Source: Glaucostegus cemiculus
Lineage: Eukaryota
DNA: 64,000 bases
Assembly (NCBI GenBank): GCA_976551045.1
Contig: CDPCPM010000421.1
Location: forward strand, 744,001-808,000
Direction of reading: 5' to 3'
Shown here: positions 23,550-36,465 of the stretch, piece after piece
How the letters are laid out: each line of letters opens with the position of its first letter
How positions within the stretch are numbered: the first letter of the stretch is position 1
The notes under the pieces: generated by a model
Databases searched by the model: none
Seen by the model: the letters and a program-made list of their open reading frames with translations, nothing else
Told to the model about the DNA's origin: nothing
Translations under genes and position numbers: made by a program

Positions 23550-26500
23550 AAGTGCGTCAAATACAACTTTATTAAATAATATAAATCACGGTTTCAAAAA
23601 TGTACGTCAGTACCTCTAAGGTCGGATATTACCTTTCTATATTATATCCGTAACTTCGATGGGACCGCCACCGTTCCAGCAACGCTGCCCCGCAGGCAAA
23701 TACGCTTCAGGAACCCTTGGCCATTTGGGGAAATGTTGTCCGGCTGAACTATCTAAGTCACGATCGTGTCCCCGAAAACTGAACTTAAAGTGGGATAATG
23801 GTTTCCAGCATCAGGTTAGGTTGCCCGTAAAGTTCTTCGCCTTCTGCTTTCTATGCCCGTGCGAATGACAGATTAAAACAATGCTTAGACTTCACAAATC
23901 CCAGTGCTTCAAACATTAAACAAATTTTAAAATTCTTTGGAATTGTGGTCTTCCTCGAGGGAAGACTCTTCCTTAGTATATATTTTTAAAACACAAAAAG
24001 AGACTTTAAACAAATCTTACAAGCCTTCTAAGTGACGAAGTGATAACTTCAGTGATAATTGAACCTTTTTTTTGGCATTTTAATTCGTTGGGATCTGGCA
24101 GTGTTTGTAACATTTGAAGTGTCCGCAAAGAGATTTCAGACGATATCAGACTCTGCACCTCTACAGCATTTTTCCCCCCACCAGCTTTCTGGGAACACGA
24201 GAACAGAACTCTTTACCTGCAGACTGTATCAGAAAGCTTTGGTTGCTTTAGGAACCTACTATGTACACTATTTTAAAGATGTACAGATGCATAAATTAAT
24301 ACAAAAATCAAAACAAATCTTCACATAAGATAAAATGAATTAAAACAAATCACAGCACACGAACATTTTTGCAAGAAATACTTACACACATCTTAGCAGA
24401 GAATGGCTTACCCTGTGAAAAGACTATTTTTTAATATAACACAAAAAAAGTTCAATTAACAGAAAAGTTAGGTTTCCCCTCAGAACCAACAGCAACCAAC
24501 CCTGCACTACCACCTCGTCTTCAAAATACTTCTTCCTCGAGCCCATCAGAGTTCTGCCAAATCTACAAAATAAATAATTATAAAGCTTTGAAGTAACGTT
24601 AACAATTATCAAACTATTAAGTTCTGCCTTATCACATAGACTCTCTATACAACATAACCCTAAAGATTTATTACTATGAGGTATCTTGAGAAATTGATAA
24701 GGAATGCACGGCCTGCGTTGTGTGAATACTCTAGGACGCAAAAAAGAGCTTTGGTAGTCAGCAAAAAGTGGAAATATCCTTTGGTATCAAAGAAAGTTTC
24801 ATTGCATGGTTGCATGCAAAGCACCACGGTGAAAAGTTATTCCTTTTTTTTTAAAGTAGTGGCCTTTCTAGAGGCTGAGGTATTCAAGAGTAAGGTGAGA
24901 AGAGGTCAACAGCGGTTTAACACTTTGGTTCAAGCAAGGCACTCGTCCTATGATTTTACAAATTTTGCAATATGTTTGCCTATAGCTTTTATGAAGAAAA
25001 CTTCACACTGAGTGACAGTTGAGGGTTTAAGGAAAGAACGCCGAGTAGCCCACTCACGAAGGCCGTGCAAGAAAAATCTTTGGTATTCTTTGGTATCATC
25101 AATGTGATTAAAATCACGAATGGAAATCGAGTGAGGTAGCGTCTTTGGTTCACACTATAAATAGTAGATCTTTACACATTTTTACACGTGGAAGCAGCTA
25201 TTTTACCTTTGCTTCTTTGTCTTAATAATAGTAAATGATTACCAAATGTATCGTAAAGCTAACCACACCACAAGAAACACAAGGCCAGAATATTGTTAAA
25301 ATCCGGATTATTATCCATCACAATGGCCTCCTGCGTATGAACGCACCTGGCTAAATGTCACCTTTGAAAAATCACTAGTTCATTCTCTTTGTGCGAGGAG
25401 CATCCTTTAACAAAAATAAAGCTAGACAGTTTCCTTTGGTCATGTTGGGAGTGAAAGGGAGGCGTGGATGGGAAGGACGTTTATAAAATTCAAGTTTATA
25501 GCGGGAATATAACATTGGTAAAAAGTCACTCAAGGCGTGTAAAATTACGAAAACAATACCTGACAGAAATATATATTTCATATCACCGTGACTTCAAGAA
25601 TGAGTGACTGGTGCACAACGAGCAGTCAGAGCAATGACTCCAAGTCAGACTACATTTGAAACCCTACATATTTTCACAATTGCGATGTCCATTTTTAAAC
25701 TCAATTATTCCCACAAATAAACACATATCTTTTCAGAAGAAATTCCCCTGGAATTTATCTAGCAGTTTCAAAAGGGTAGGTGTTTGGTACGAAGAGAAGT
25801 CTTTGCTGAGCGGAAATACTTTGTGGCATTTTACTTCCAGGCAACGAGAGAAAGGCGAATTTCTTACATAATGCAACACACCCACCCCTTCACACCTCGT
25901 TCTGGCTGTGGCCGCATTATATAACTTTTTAATTATATCTGTATATCGTGTGGTCCGTATTCGACAGCGACTCGGTAAAACGTTGTTTTAAAACTGCCAA
26001 GCAAAATAAACCTTAAAATGAGTATAAAATATTGGGTTTCGCTTGCATATTAGTTGGACTTGAGGTAAAGAAGTTACTTTGATGGAGTTTGACTTGAAAC
26101 GTTCGTTGTTACAATGAATATTCAATCCTCGTCATTTATTTTTATCAGAAATGTCATGAAAGGGTCGCACCATCGCGAGTAGTAGGTTTGTTAAGTCCAA
26201 TTAAACTTCAAGAGGCCGGTCCTCTTCGAGATCTTTGACTTTTTTTTGGAGCATATGTACTTCCTACCCTATGGACAGGTGTTCAATCATAAGACATGAT
26301 ACTATGTGTGTCGTGTGTCGTGTCAGTGACCCCATGAGATTGCTCCCCAAGTATCTTGTTGATACCCTGACCCACTTCATCTGATGGCATCGGTATGTGA
26401 TAAAGTATCCCGAAGACGGATACTAATACAATTGATCGGTGTAAAAACAAAATGGACTAGTTTTGCATTGTTGCTCGCCGACAAGTGCAATGTTCCTGAA

Positions 26501-28363
26501 TAAAGAGTTATCTTTGGTTCTTTAGCAGAATTTTTTAAAGCACAAAGGGTAATATGTAACTGCAACTGGGTGACTGAAATGTTGCATCCTGTCAAGAATA
26601 AGTCATATCTTGACTGAAACCTGAAACATACTGTTCAGTAGCCCAGATCTGTGTTCTACAGAGTTCCATCTCTGTTGTGTTTCACTATGGGAAACTAACC
26701 TGAATCATATAACAACTTCTGGTGTTAACAGCACCGAGCAGTAAAGTGCCTCCCTTTTCATTGGTGCATCCAACCAGATGGCTTTACTGTCAGCATTTGG
26801 TCATTGTAACTTAGGAAAAACAATGCTTCTACAGTACTGACTTCCCAGGGTTATACACTGTATCTTCCCCGGTCCATGCAGACCATTGTGTGCGGATTTA
26901 GTTCCATAAGGGACAAGAATCTAAACTTGCTTTGAAACTTGTTATGTTGACCAATAATTTACATAATTTTGTATACTCCATAATGTATATTTAATGAAGG
27001 GGAGTTTGTATTTTTTTTAGTTGTTCGTTTTAGAGTTGATTGACCAATAGATTAAACAAAACATATAAATTATTATTTTTCTAACATATAAGGTGGGGTA
27101 ACTATTTTTTTTAAAGAATTGTGTTATAATATTCATTTTGTAGGCCACAGGGTTTTAGAATATACATTGCATGGTACTAAGGGAGTTTAATAAATTTACC
27201 CTGAAGCATATAGGGCGACTCGCAGTGGTCTGCGGCATTCTTTCATAGGGAATTCTTGTGTTAAACCTAAGTGAATTTGATATTGCTGTTACTTGTGTAA
27301 GTACAGGCTGGTACACCTGACAGATGTGTCGGGAAAAGCCTGCGGCATTGATAACTGATTTGTTGTATCGCTGTGTTCAGTGGAGTATTCATTCAATTAG
27401 CATATTTGACAATGCTATCCCCAAATGGAAGCATCTTTTGTTGCCTCCTTGCCTCTGCGGCAATGTGGATAGCAAGGAACAGGGATAAAGTGAGTGATTC
27501 CCATCTGATTCTACGGTAACTGCCACCTTTCTGTAACGTATAAAGCAAAGTTTTGCCAATAAAATACCATATCATTATTTTGGTGTGCAAAATATATTCG
27601 AATAGAAAATAGTAAGTGGTGTATTTCATCGTAGATGAACGAAGCTCCCAGTACAACTAATATTTGTGCTTCTGGCGAAATCTCCCTGTCATTTATCCCG
27701 CTCTTTGTTATCCAACAGAGTTTTCATCTACAATACTGGGGTTGGTGTTATAGAATGGGTTTTTTTTTGGTCATTAGCTGTTGCATTTCCTCGGCCTGTG
27801 ATACAAAGAGAATGCACTAGTGTGAGGTGACAGAACAGCTCTCACAGTGTTGAACTGTGCCCAGAACCGGGCCTTTCGCGTTCAACCAGCATAGAGCTCG
27901 AATTCAATCACATTCCAAATGTACACAGAACGACTCCACAATTGTAAGGGTCGTGCCTGAGCACAACCCACAGACCAGCCCCTTGCAAAGTTTTCTGGCC
28001 ACTGGCACATACACGGGTATTTCTACAACATACACCTTGGTTGGTATATCCGAGGAAGTGAAATGGGTCAATGTTTGAAATAAAGTTCTTTTCATGAAGA
28101 TGCTCCCAACGACTTTACAGCCACACACACTGAACGATGTTGGATGATGAAGGTGTACGGCCAGCGGCCTCATTCTTTTTTTTTGCAAAAGTCATAATAA
28201 AGTGTTGTAGAACGGAGTCCTAATGCAGGTCAATTAAGTCTTTGGTTTCGTTGGGCATATAAATATTATATTGTCTTTGAGTTCATTAATTAAACCTGCT
28301 GCCTGGAGGTCCTGGTCATTGATTTTAAAGCTATTCCACCGAGGTTTAGTCCGGGGTTCTCCT
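23550..28363 (-). other. ONECUT1: Putative long 3' UTR of ONECUT1
   Basis: Repeat-free sequence after the stop codon with a dense, sense-specific set of miR-9 and let-7 seed matches. AATAAA (minus strand) at 23573-23568 is followed by U-rich sequence. Confidence 0.7.
23568..23573 (-). terminator. Candidate distal polyadenylation signal AATAAA
   Basis: Plus-strand TTTATT just beyond the last miRNA seed cluster. Other AATAAA candidates lie at 24667-24672 and 26135-26140. Confidence 0.5.
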
Positions 28364-28656
28364 TCATGCTTTGGTACAAGTGCTTGATGAGGAAGATGAG
28401 TTGACTGGGTTGGAGGTGCCGTCATCCTGCCACTTATCCAAACTCCTCCGACGTGCGTTCATAAAGAAATTGCTGACGGTGCTCAGCTCCAAGCCCAGCT
28501 GCTGGGAAATGGTTATTTGCAATTCTTTGGACGGACGCTTGTTTTCTTTGAATATTGCGTGTAGAGTTCTGCGCTGAACATCCGTGAACACCAGCCGAGG
28601 TTTCTTGGGCGCGGCGCCCCTCTCTTTACCATGCTCCTGCTCTTTTCTTTTGCACG
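28364..28656 (-). CDS. ONECUT1: ONECUT1/HNF6 coding exon 2 (linker, homeodomain, Ser-rich C-terminus)
   Basis: Acceptor TCTTTGTCTTGCAG|CG. G|CG joins in frame to give ACKRKEQEHGKERGAAPKKPRLVFTDVQRRTLHAIFKENKRPSKELQITISQQLGLELSTVSNFFMNARRRSLDKWQDD...SSSSSSTCTKA*, with TGA at 28366-28364. 1108+293=1401 nt = 466 aa plus stop. Confidence 0.96.
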
Positions 28657-31600
28657 CTGCAAGACAAAGACGTAATATTAATCGATACCCACTCACAGCT
28701 CCGGAGAAAATACCAGACAACGGCAAGGTGAGAAACAGATGCAACGATCTAAAACAAAGACCGGGCTGCGTTATTTGGACCAGACTTTCTTAGTTTTCAA
28801 ATAAGATCCCAATTAGTCATTTAACGATTGGAGATTTCATTCACGAGGAGTTATTTGTCAATTTCGGGTCGATGACTGACAACAATTTAAATGTAACCAC
28901 TTGTGCGTGATTGGGGTTATTGACTACACGCAAGTCACCGCCAAAAGAGGTCTCCGGAGCAACATTTAAATATCTTTAGGCATGTGCCCAAATCAAAACA
29001 TTCTCAACGTGAGATGAAACATTAAAGCAAAACATTAACGAGGAACAAACGTCATTATCAGGCCAACCAACTTGTTCTGAGTGTTAACTCTGCAGTTATT
29101 TTCTGTGTTACCTTGTCTAGAACCATCTGACTCCAAGTCCACGTCCACTTCTTCGGTTCTCTCCCTATCCAGGAATTCGCCCAACTCTCTCGAGTAAAGC
29201 TGCCAGGTTGTGGGTGCCCTGTACCTGGCATCATTTTGTCTCCCAATCTGGCTCCCTTTATGTGTAAAAACAAACGGACGCCGGAATTTGATTTGAGGGT
29301 GGATAGATTTTTTTTTTGTTTTTGTTGTTGTTTTTGTTGTTGTATGGTGAAATAAACCAACTGGTCAGAGGCGATGAAGATACGGAAAGTATGTGCAAAC
29401 ACGATTAGGGTCTTTAAGACAGCGAGATGAAATTCAACTATGAATCAGTAGATGGCGCAGTTCTAACTAACTTTAAACCTTGAGACTACTCTGAAAATGA
29501 ACTACATACAAAGTAATAGAGACAGATTCTCGATTGACTTGATAAACACAATTGTTTCCTGCACATTGAGATCAACGCCTTAAAAAGAGCATTATTAACT
29601 AGCGAACTAAATTAAATGTTATTTTTATAGTTTCGGTGAACTGCAGCAATTGTACCAACCGCTTTCATCTTAACTCCGCTTTATAAATAAAATGCACCGA
29701 AACAAAATTTTGTAAACATTTAAATCCCACAATAGACAGTTCGCTCAGTGACACTGCAGAGGTCTTTTCAAATTGATGCAAATTTCCTTCGATTTCAACC
29801 TTTGTTCCTTGATGTAAACACCACAATCCCTCTCGTTTTGGCTGCATTATTTTTCTTTAAAATCCACATTACTTAATTAAAAGGTTTCGGTTGTCAACGA
29901 CAACAGTGCAAAATTGAACTGTGGCTGTCCAATGAAATATGCTTCAGCAGAGGTCAACAGTCTCATCTCGGGAGGTAAAAGACTCATTCCACGCGGAGAG
30001 ACACCTAACCTGCAGCCCAAGATAAAGATAGAGCTGTCAGATGTCATTTATCATGTAAATAACCAGGGGGAGGAAGGGAATATCGACCAAAATTGCAACT
30101 TAAGCTCGTCGTTTTAAATAGGATGTGAACTTTCAAAAACAATATTTGGGGTATTGGAAGGGGCAGAATGGAGCCGCGGAACTGTCCGTGGTGCTGAATG
30201 CAATATGCCCCGCGATACCTCGCGGAGATCTTGAGTCAGCAATGCTTCTGTACCGGCCCATTTTAAAAACAATCTCAGATTGTAAAATTAAACATTCCAC
30301 GGGATTTCAATATACATTATGAGTAAAGCAATAATCCACTTAATCTCCATTTCCACACGTTGTTTTCAAAATAGAGTCACCTAAATTGCTTTTAATCTCT
30401 ACCGACTGTAATTTGGACAGGACCGTTTTGAAATCATGCTGGAATTGGCTATCAGAGATACGTTGCGTAATCCATAATTATGCATTGGCCCAATTTCCCC
30501 AGATTGCAGCCTCTAGCCAACATCTTGTTTTGATTCCTTGTGCTAAATTACCTCACTGCCCACTGCTGTAAACGTAGGTGTTTACATCTATAAATATTTT
30601 TTCAGTTCCTGACGTAAGGAGCTGAAGCTGCGGAATCAACCAGATGGCGGCGCACTGGTCCTGTGGAACAAGTCGACGGTGACGAAAAATCTTTAAAGAT
30701 TCCGAAAAGTTTTAACGCATAGATGTCTACCACATTACGACGTTTTGTACTAAGAAGGAGGACGGAGAAAATATCTTTAAAATCGTTTTACAAATAAGGA
30801 AGAAATATGCCATTTCCCTTATTTTATACTTGAAATTAGTTTTATTTGGAAAGACTAATAAAAGTCAGGATAAATAGAAAGTTTTTATTTCCTATTTACC
30901 ATTGGAATATTTTAATCTCAGGATTTAAGCAACCACATATGCCATTTTTATCCACTAAACTCACGCGTTTAATTACTCAATAACGGAACAAAACAGTGAG
31001 CAGCGGAGGAAGATCTTTGTTAATTCATTGTTGTTTTCTTTCTAAATTTGAGAATAAACTGATCAGCGTAATTGCCATGGATATATCCACTGAGTATCTC
31101 CGGTCACAACCAGTAGCAAGGTGCCCGGAATAATAATGGAGCGAATTAAAACAAACTCCCGCTGAAAAGCCTTGAGTACAAGCTGTGCCAATTTCACTGC
31201 TGCCACAGGGCGTCCCCCTTTGCCTCCCTTTAATTGCTCCCACGTCATTTGACCTAAATCAATCACTTCACTCAAATTAGATATAGGCAGATAACACTTT
31301 AAACTTCATCATTTAACTATTAATTACAATTGTCCTCATCTTTGTAAGTGCAAAAAGGCTATCAATTTTGCTTTTAATTATTTACTGAAACCTAATCGAG
31401 GCGAAATTGTTGCACAAGTAGGTACGGGATGAACCAACAATAGCCTGTATTTCTATTCCAAACCCACCAGTTTGACAGTGCGTTTTGGCTGTAATATTAT
31501 TGAACTCCACAAAGACTGGCTGAAAGTCTGCATGTTCAGTATTCCTCCTCTGTACAACGACAGGCAATCTAATACTATAGAAAACGAAGGAACTAAACTC

Positions 31601-34600
31601 CAGCATTCTTAGCTCAAGACTAAAGGTTAAATATTTCGAAAACTGTGCTGCATTTTTAAAAAATCATTAATATCCTTAAATAGGCGACTGTGTTACCTGC
31701 CCAAATATCAGTAACATCGTTTTAATGCTGGTAAATGCCTTCAATTTAGACAAACATTAACAGAAAACAAATGTGCTTGGATATTAGCTAGTTATAAATC
31801 AATGAGGTTACAAGGACACTGTCAGGCAAAATCAGGAAATGTCACAGGTGTAGAACTTTCCCAGAGTCCAAGCATTTAGCCTAAAATATTCCATAACTCG
31901 TATCGCTTCCCTTATCTTTACAATGCAAACAAGCAAATAGCGTGCAGTGTTGCAAACTGTGGAAACCAGTGCTTTCAAATGTAACTAAGTTTATGAGAAC
32001 CCAGAAGCTTCCATCCAAATGAGGCTCTTCCGATCACACAAAGAAGCATGCCAGACTCCAGGAGTTGCCGGGCTGTTCTAGGTTCAAATAAAGCCCAGAA
32101 GTGCACATCTGTACACTTCCACAGAAGGGGACTTTTAGGTCAGAATTTTAATTAAATAATTAATAACAAGAGACCTTTCTGGAAAGTACATCCTATAACT
32201 CTTGGAACATATCAAGGCCTTGTTAGAAGAGACAGCCGAAATAATTAACAATTTCAGGTTTCCAAGCAACGCAATATAAAATATATAAAACATACCCCAA
32301 GGAAATTATTCACAGTATAATGATTGTTTCACAATTTAATTTTGACATTTAAAAGTACGGCGATGACCTTTCCTCCTGTCACCTATATTTTAGTTTGTCT
32401 AATTGGAGCCCAGAAGCAAATAAAAGTAATGAATTTCCAATATCATCGGTGATCACTTGTATTACTGCATGTGCAAAGGCACCGATTGTTGTGAAATTTG
32501 GCGTATAATCGCCAAATTTATATTGTATAATGTTATTTTGACAGCCTTGAAATCTAGTCTTTGATCTATATAAGTGGCACAAGAACACATCTTCCAAACG
32601 CTGGAACAAAAATGTGCTCGGGCTCCTTGCTATTGGAATTTACGCCAACCGCATTCTGCACTTTAACTCATTCTTGCGTCTGTAAATGATTGTTTGGAAT
32701 CAACTACATGTAGGGAACGCGATGATAAGACAAAGCGAATGCTGACAACTGTTGTAATCACTTGGAGCAATGGCTATCTCTTTTCATAAATTAGAAATGT
32801 TTACAAATTCAGTCTTAAATGAATGTACGCCTTAAACCCGTGACATTTGCTCGTTTCCCTGTTACATGGGTCACAACGGAAGGACTGCCATGCTAATATA
32901 TTCACAAAATACCGACTCAGCAGCCTATTTGCATGCGCAGGCCTGTTGGTAACATTTAGCTAGTTTTTAATACGTAAAGTGACTTCAACAGATTCCTATA
33001 TATCTGGTTTAAGTACATTTCCTCCATCTAGAGATGCCGACACTCCCAATTATGCCGGGGTGAAACACATCAACACTCACGTGAAGAAATAGATATCAAT
33101 AGTCCCCTAATTTGTCCTTGGAGGTGCAACTAGTGGGCGTTGCTGAGCGATACTCATTTGAATCGAATTAACTCATTTGGATGTAATGTTAAAAAAACTG
33201 CGCTGTCACGTTAGTGATTTTACACGGAGACAATCCATGATTTTGATTATTTTTTTAAAAAATCATTCAAACTAATTTGCATCTTTTACATTCTTATTGT
33301 TTAATTGAATATTATTGTCAGGTTAATGAACCTATTTTATACTTTCCTCACAAGTGAAATTCTCAAGAAATTCTTTATCTCTATATTTAAATTACAATGC
33401 ATGCTATGTAGATTAAAATCTACGCACTGATACAGTGGGGAATGAGAATTCATTTTGAACAAAGTATACTGTAACGTTGTGGATTTAATTGCTTTACTGT
33501 TGCCGCACCTGTCAGCAGCTACCGACTACATGAACCAGTCTCTGCTGACGGGGCCATTTAAAGTCTGTTCCCAATATCGCCAAAACCTGTTAGCACCACC
33601 AAACCACCCAAAAAAAGCTTTTTGTTGATTCTTCCCCCCCCCCCCCAATACCAGGATTGAGATCACCTCCCAGTCTGAAAATTAATATTTGAAAATTAAT
33701 TACGGCGCGTTCAAGATTTGTGTTATGCCATTTAATTTGTCTATCTAAATGTGAAACCAAGCGCTAATTAACCCATCGCCCTCTTTAAAATGCAAGACAC
33801 CAAATAAAAATATAATTTTAACAACTCTTCAGCGACAGTTAGTAAATTAAATATATATAAAATAGGTAAATCTGGATTATATACGACAAGGGAAGAACAA
33901 AATGGAGTGTAAAGAGGTCACCCTTGCAATTAGTATTTTCTGCTTGCATTTGAAGATAGTACAGGAAGTGTCAAGACCTCAATATTCCTTACATGTAACT
34001 ACCAATTTTGAGACTGTTTGCGGGAGGTTCAATGTAATCTCGGTACTAGAAATCCCCCAGGGATTCGCGGGAAGACGCAAACACAGGAGGCGAGCTCGAC
34101 AAAGCAAGAAGGGAATTGGATGAATAACACATTTCACTTTCTCAATGGAATTTGTTTCGGCCTCTTCATGCAAGGACTTTTTTTTAAAAAGAATGTGTCC
34201 TATATAAAGCAAAGAAACGCGATGCTCATCAGGTACAGATTGGTAAAAAAAAGGAAAGCATCCGGATTAACAGTGGCCAAATGATCACTCCCCTACAATA
34301 AGCAGTAAAGGTTCAGCGTGTTCATTCCCCCAAAGGTCAAAACATAGCAAGAAGGCATTCAAGTTAATGAAACATTTTCAGTACCCCCAAGATCTGACAT
34401 AACTATCTGTTGTGGGATTTTAATGGCAATTATATATCAGGATTTAAAAAAATGGAATTTGGTTTGTTTAAATTATTTCTGCGGGTTATTGTACAATTTG
34501 TTCAGACAGATACGTCTTTCATTTTGTGTTTAAATGAGGGCCCGAGTTGTTCAGTGAGAAAGAATAAATAATAAATGAATTGACTGAATAATAGATCACA

Positions 34601-36465
34601 GGTTAGGACACGTTTAGATAGCTTTCCATCAGGTTGTTATGTTTAGCAGCTATAAATGTAACGGCTCAACGTAAACATTTATTACTTAATGGACGCCTAA
34701 AAATCGCAGTGTCAGAGATATTGCAACAACCACAGCAACCTCTTTTGAACACCACTATGAAGTGAAATAAATGCATATTAATAAGGCAAAGAGAACAGTT
34801 GTGGTTAAAGAGGTGATTAGCAATCCAAATCAGAGTGTGGGTATTTTCTGTTGAAATGGAGACGTGACCTGTTCCAACATCAGCCAACCCGCCTTGGCAG
34901 CGTTTACCTTCCGATAACACCCATAAGACTCTACAACATTTTCTAATTCAAGTGGTTGTTTCCAGTATCGATCCATGCAAATAAATGTAGACTGAGGTCG
35001 ACAAAATTGTCGTAAAAATACACTCAAGGCAGCGTCTAAAAATCGAACAATACGAATGTTATCAATCGTTCGATGGAGATTTCTTGACTAGTTATTTACT
35101 CAAGCGTACGCATGCTCTCACAGCAATTGAATTTGGATTTAAATTATAGAACACGAAGAGTTCGGGGTAGATCATTTAAATACATGTACACGGCACCTCT
35201 GCTTTGAGTAAGCTACATTTTAAAGGGGAACATTCAAATGGTTTATTCTGTCAACTTGATTTTATACAGAAGTAATTCAGAATATTGCTCGATATTATTC
35301 AACAAATCTTTGCTTTTTTACGAGGCTGGACTATTACTTTCAAAATAAATTATCTTTTCAGGTGAAACCTCAGGCTGTTCGAACAATTCCCAAAATAAGC
35401 GATAACCAGGCGACTAATGTACTGCGATTCGCTTTAAAACCAAAACAAAGTTTCCTGTACATTTTACAGCTGGGGTTAGGAGAGATTACGCGCATTAATT
35501 GCTTTCTCGTTTTATATAAACGTGCTTCTTTATAGAAATGTCACACACACGCGAACAAATACAAAAACAGCCTTCCTTTGTGCACTTAGATCTGAATTAA
35601 AATTGCCCGCAAGTGCACGTCAGAGTCTGTGTGAAACGGATCACTGCTCCCGACTCTGGCTTAGATTGACTGTCTTTCGTTCTCTTGGGAAAAATTAATA
35701 GAGACCTATCAGTTAATTAACAAAGCCTCACGCAGGGCCACACCGAGAGAACAAACCCAGACTTCCCTCACTCGCTACAACACAATCAGAAAGTTAGCCA
35801 AAGTAACAATTCGCCTTTTGTTTTGCAAATCGGTCGCGACAAATCTCATGCTCAATAAAATTGTAGGGGTAGAAATGAGGCCAATTAAAATTACTCTTGG
35901 CTTCATTGTCAACCCAGAACGTGCAACAATAGTTAGTAATTTACTTTCACGGGCTTTCAAGAAGAATATTTGGACCCCGGTCTCTCCTGGATACCGATTG
36001 AACTTCACACCGTTACTGTAAGGGGAGCGGTTCGTTGCCAAAGGCACTGGATCAAGCCGTTACCCTGAAAGTAACCAAGTCACAGACCTGAGGTTACATT
36101 TTGCGAGACGTTTCTCATTCTGCAGCAGACAAATCGGCTGCGGTGAACTGACACCACCGGGTTTGTACAGTTGGGCACCAGACACCGGTGTAGACAGGGC
36201 CAGGTCGCCACTCCAGCTGCAACTATAGATTAAAGAAAATGCTGCCAGGCTGGTGTGAGACCGGGGGGAGGGGGGGGGGAGCGGTTTGTCTGGCTTGGGA
36301 TCCAGCAAGTTTCAGGTACAAACCGGACTAATGCTAAAGGACCGTTTTGTTTAACCGTGGTGGGATTCTGGATCACTGTATCCTTTCCCTGTTGAATGCA
36401 TTTACCGAGACTGTGTGGCCGCGGGACCCAGCACAAGCCCCGATATAACGGCGAGCTCTGCTTAC
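28657..36465 (-). other. ONECUT1: ONECUT1 intron (7.8 kb, GT-AG, phase 1) between CUT and homeodomain exons
   Basis: GTAAG donor at 36465 and pyrimidine-rich CAG acceptor at 28657. The position matches the known vertebrate ONECUT exon boundary (LRLA|ACKRK). Confidence 0.93.

Noticed and set aside
28657-28748. In-frame extension upstream of exon 2 as a possible HNF6-beta-like linker insertion
   Set aside because: No AG gives a 78-nt extension. The only in-frame AG is a weak GAG (+42 nt). The strong TTTTAG at 28749 is out of frame, and pairing it with the GTGAGT at 28696 leaves only a 40-nt intron.
36230-36465. C-terminal 77 aa of the 447-aa ORF (GKQSSPLYRG...)
   Set aside because: Read-through into the intron past the canonical GTAAG donor; no similarity to ONECUT sequence.
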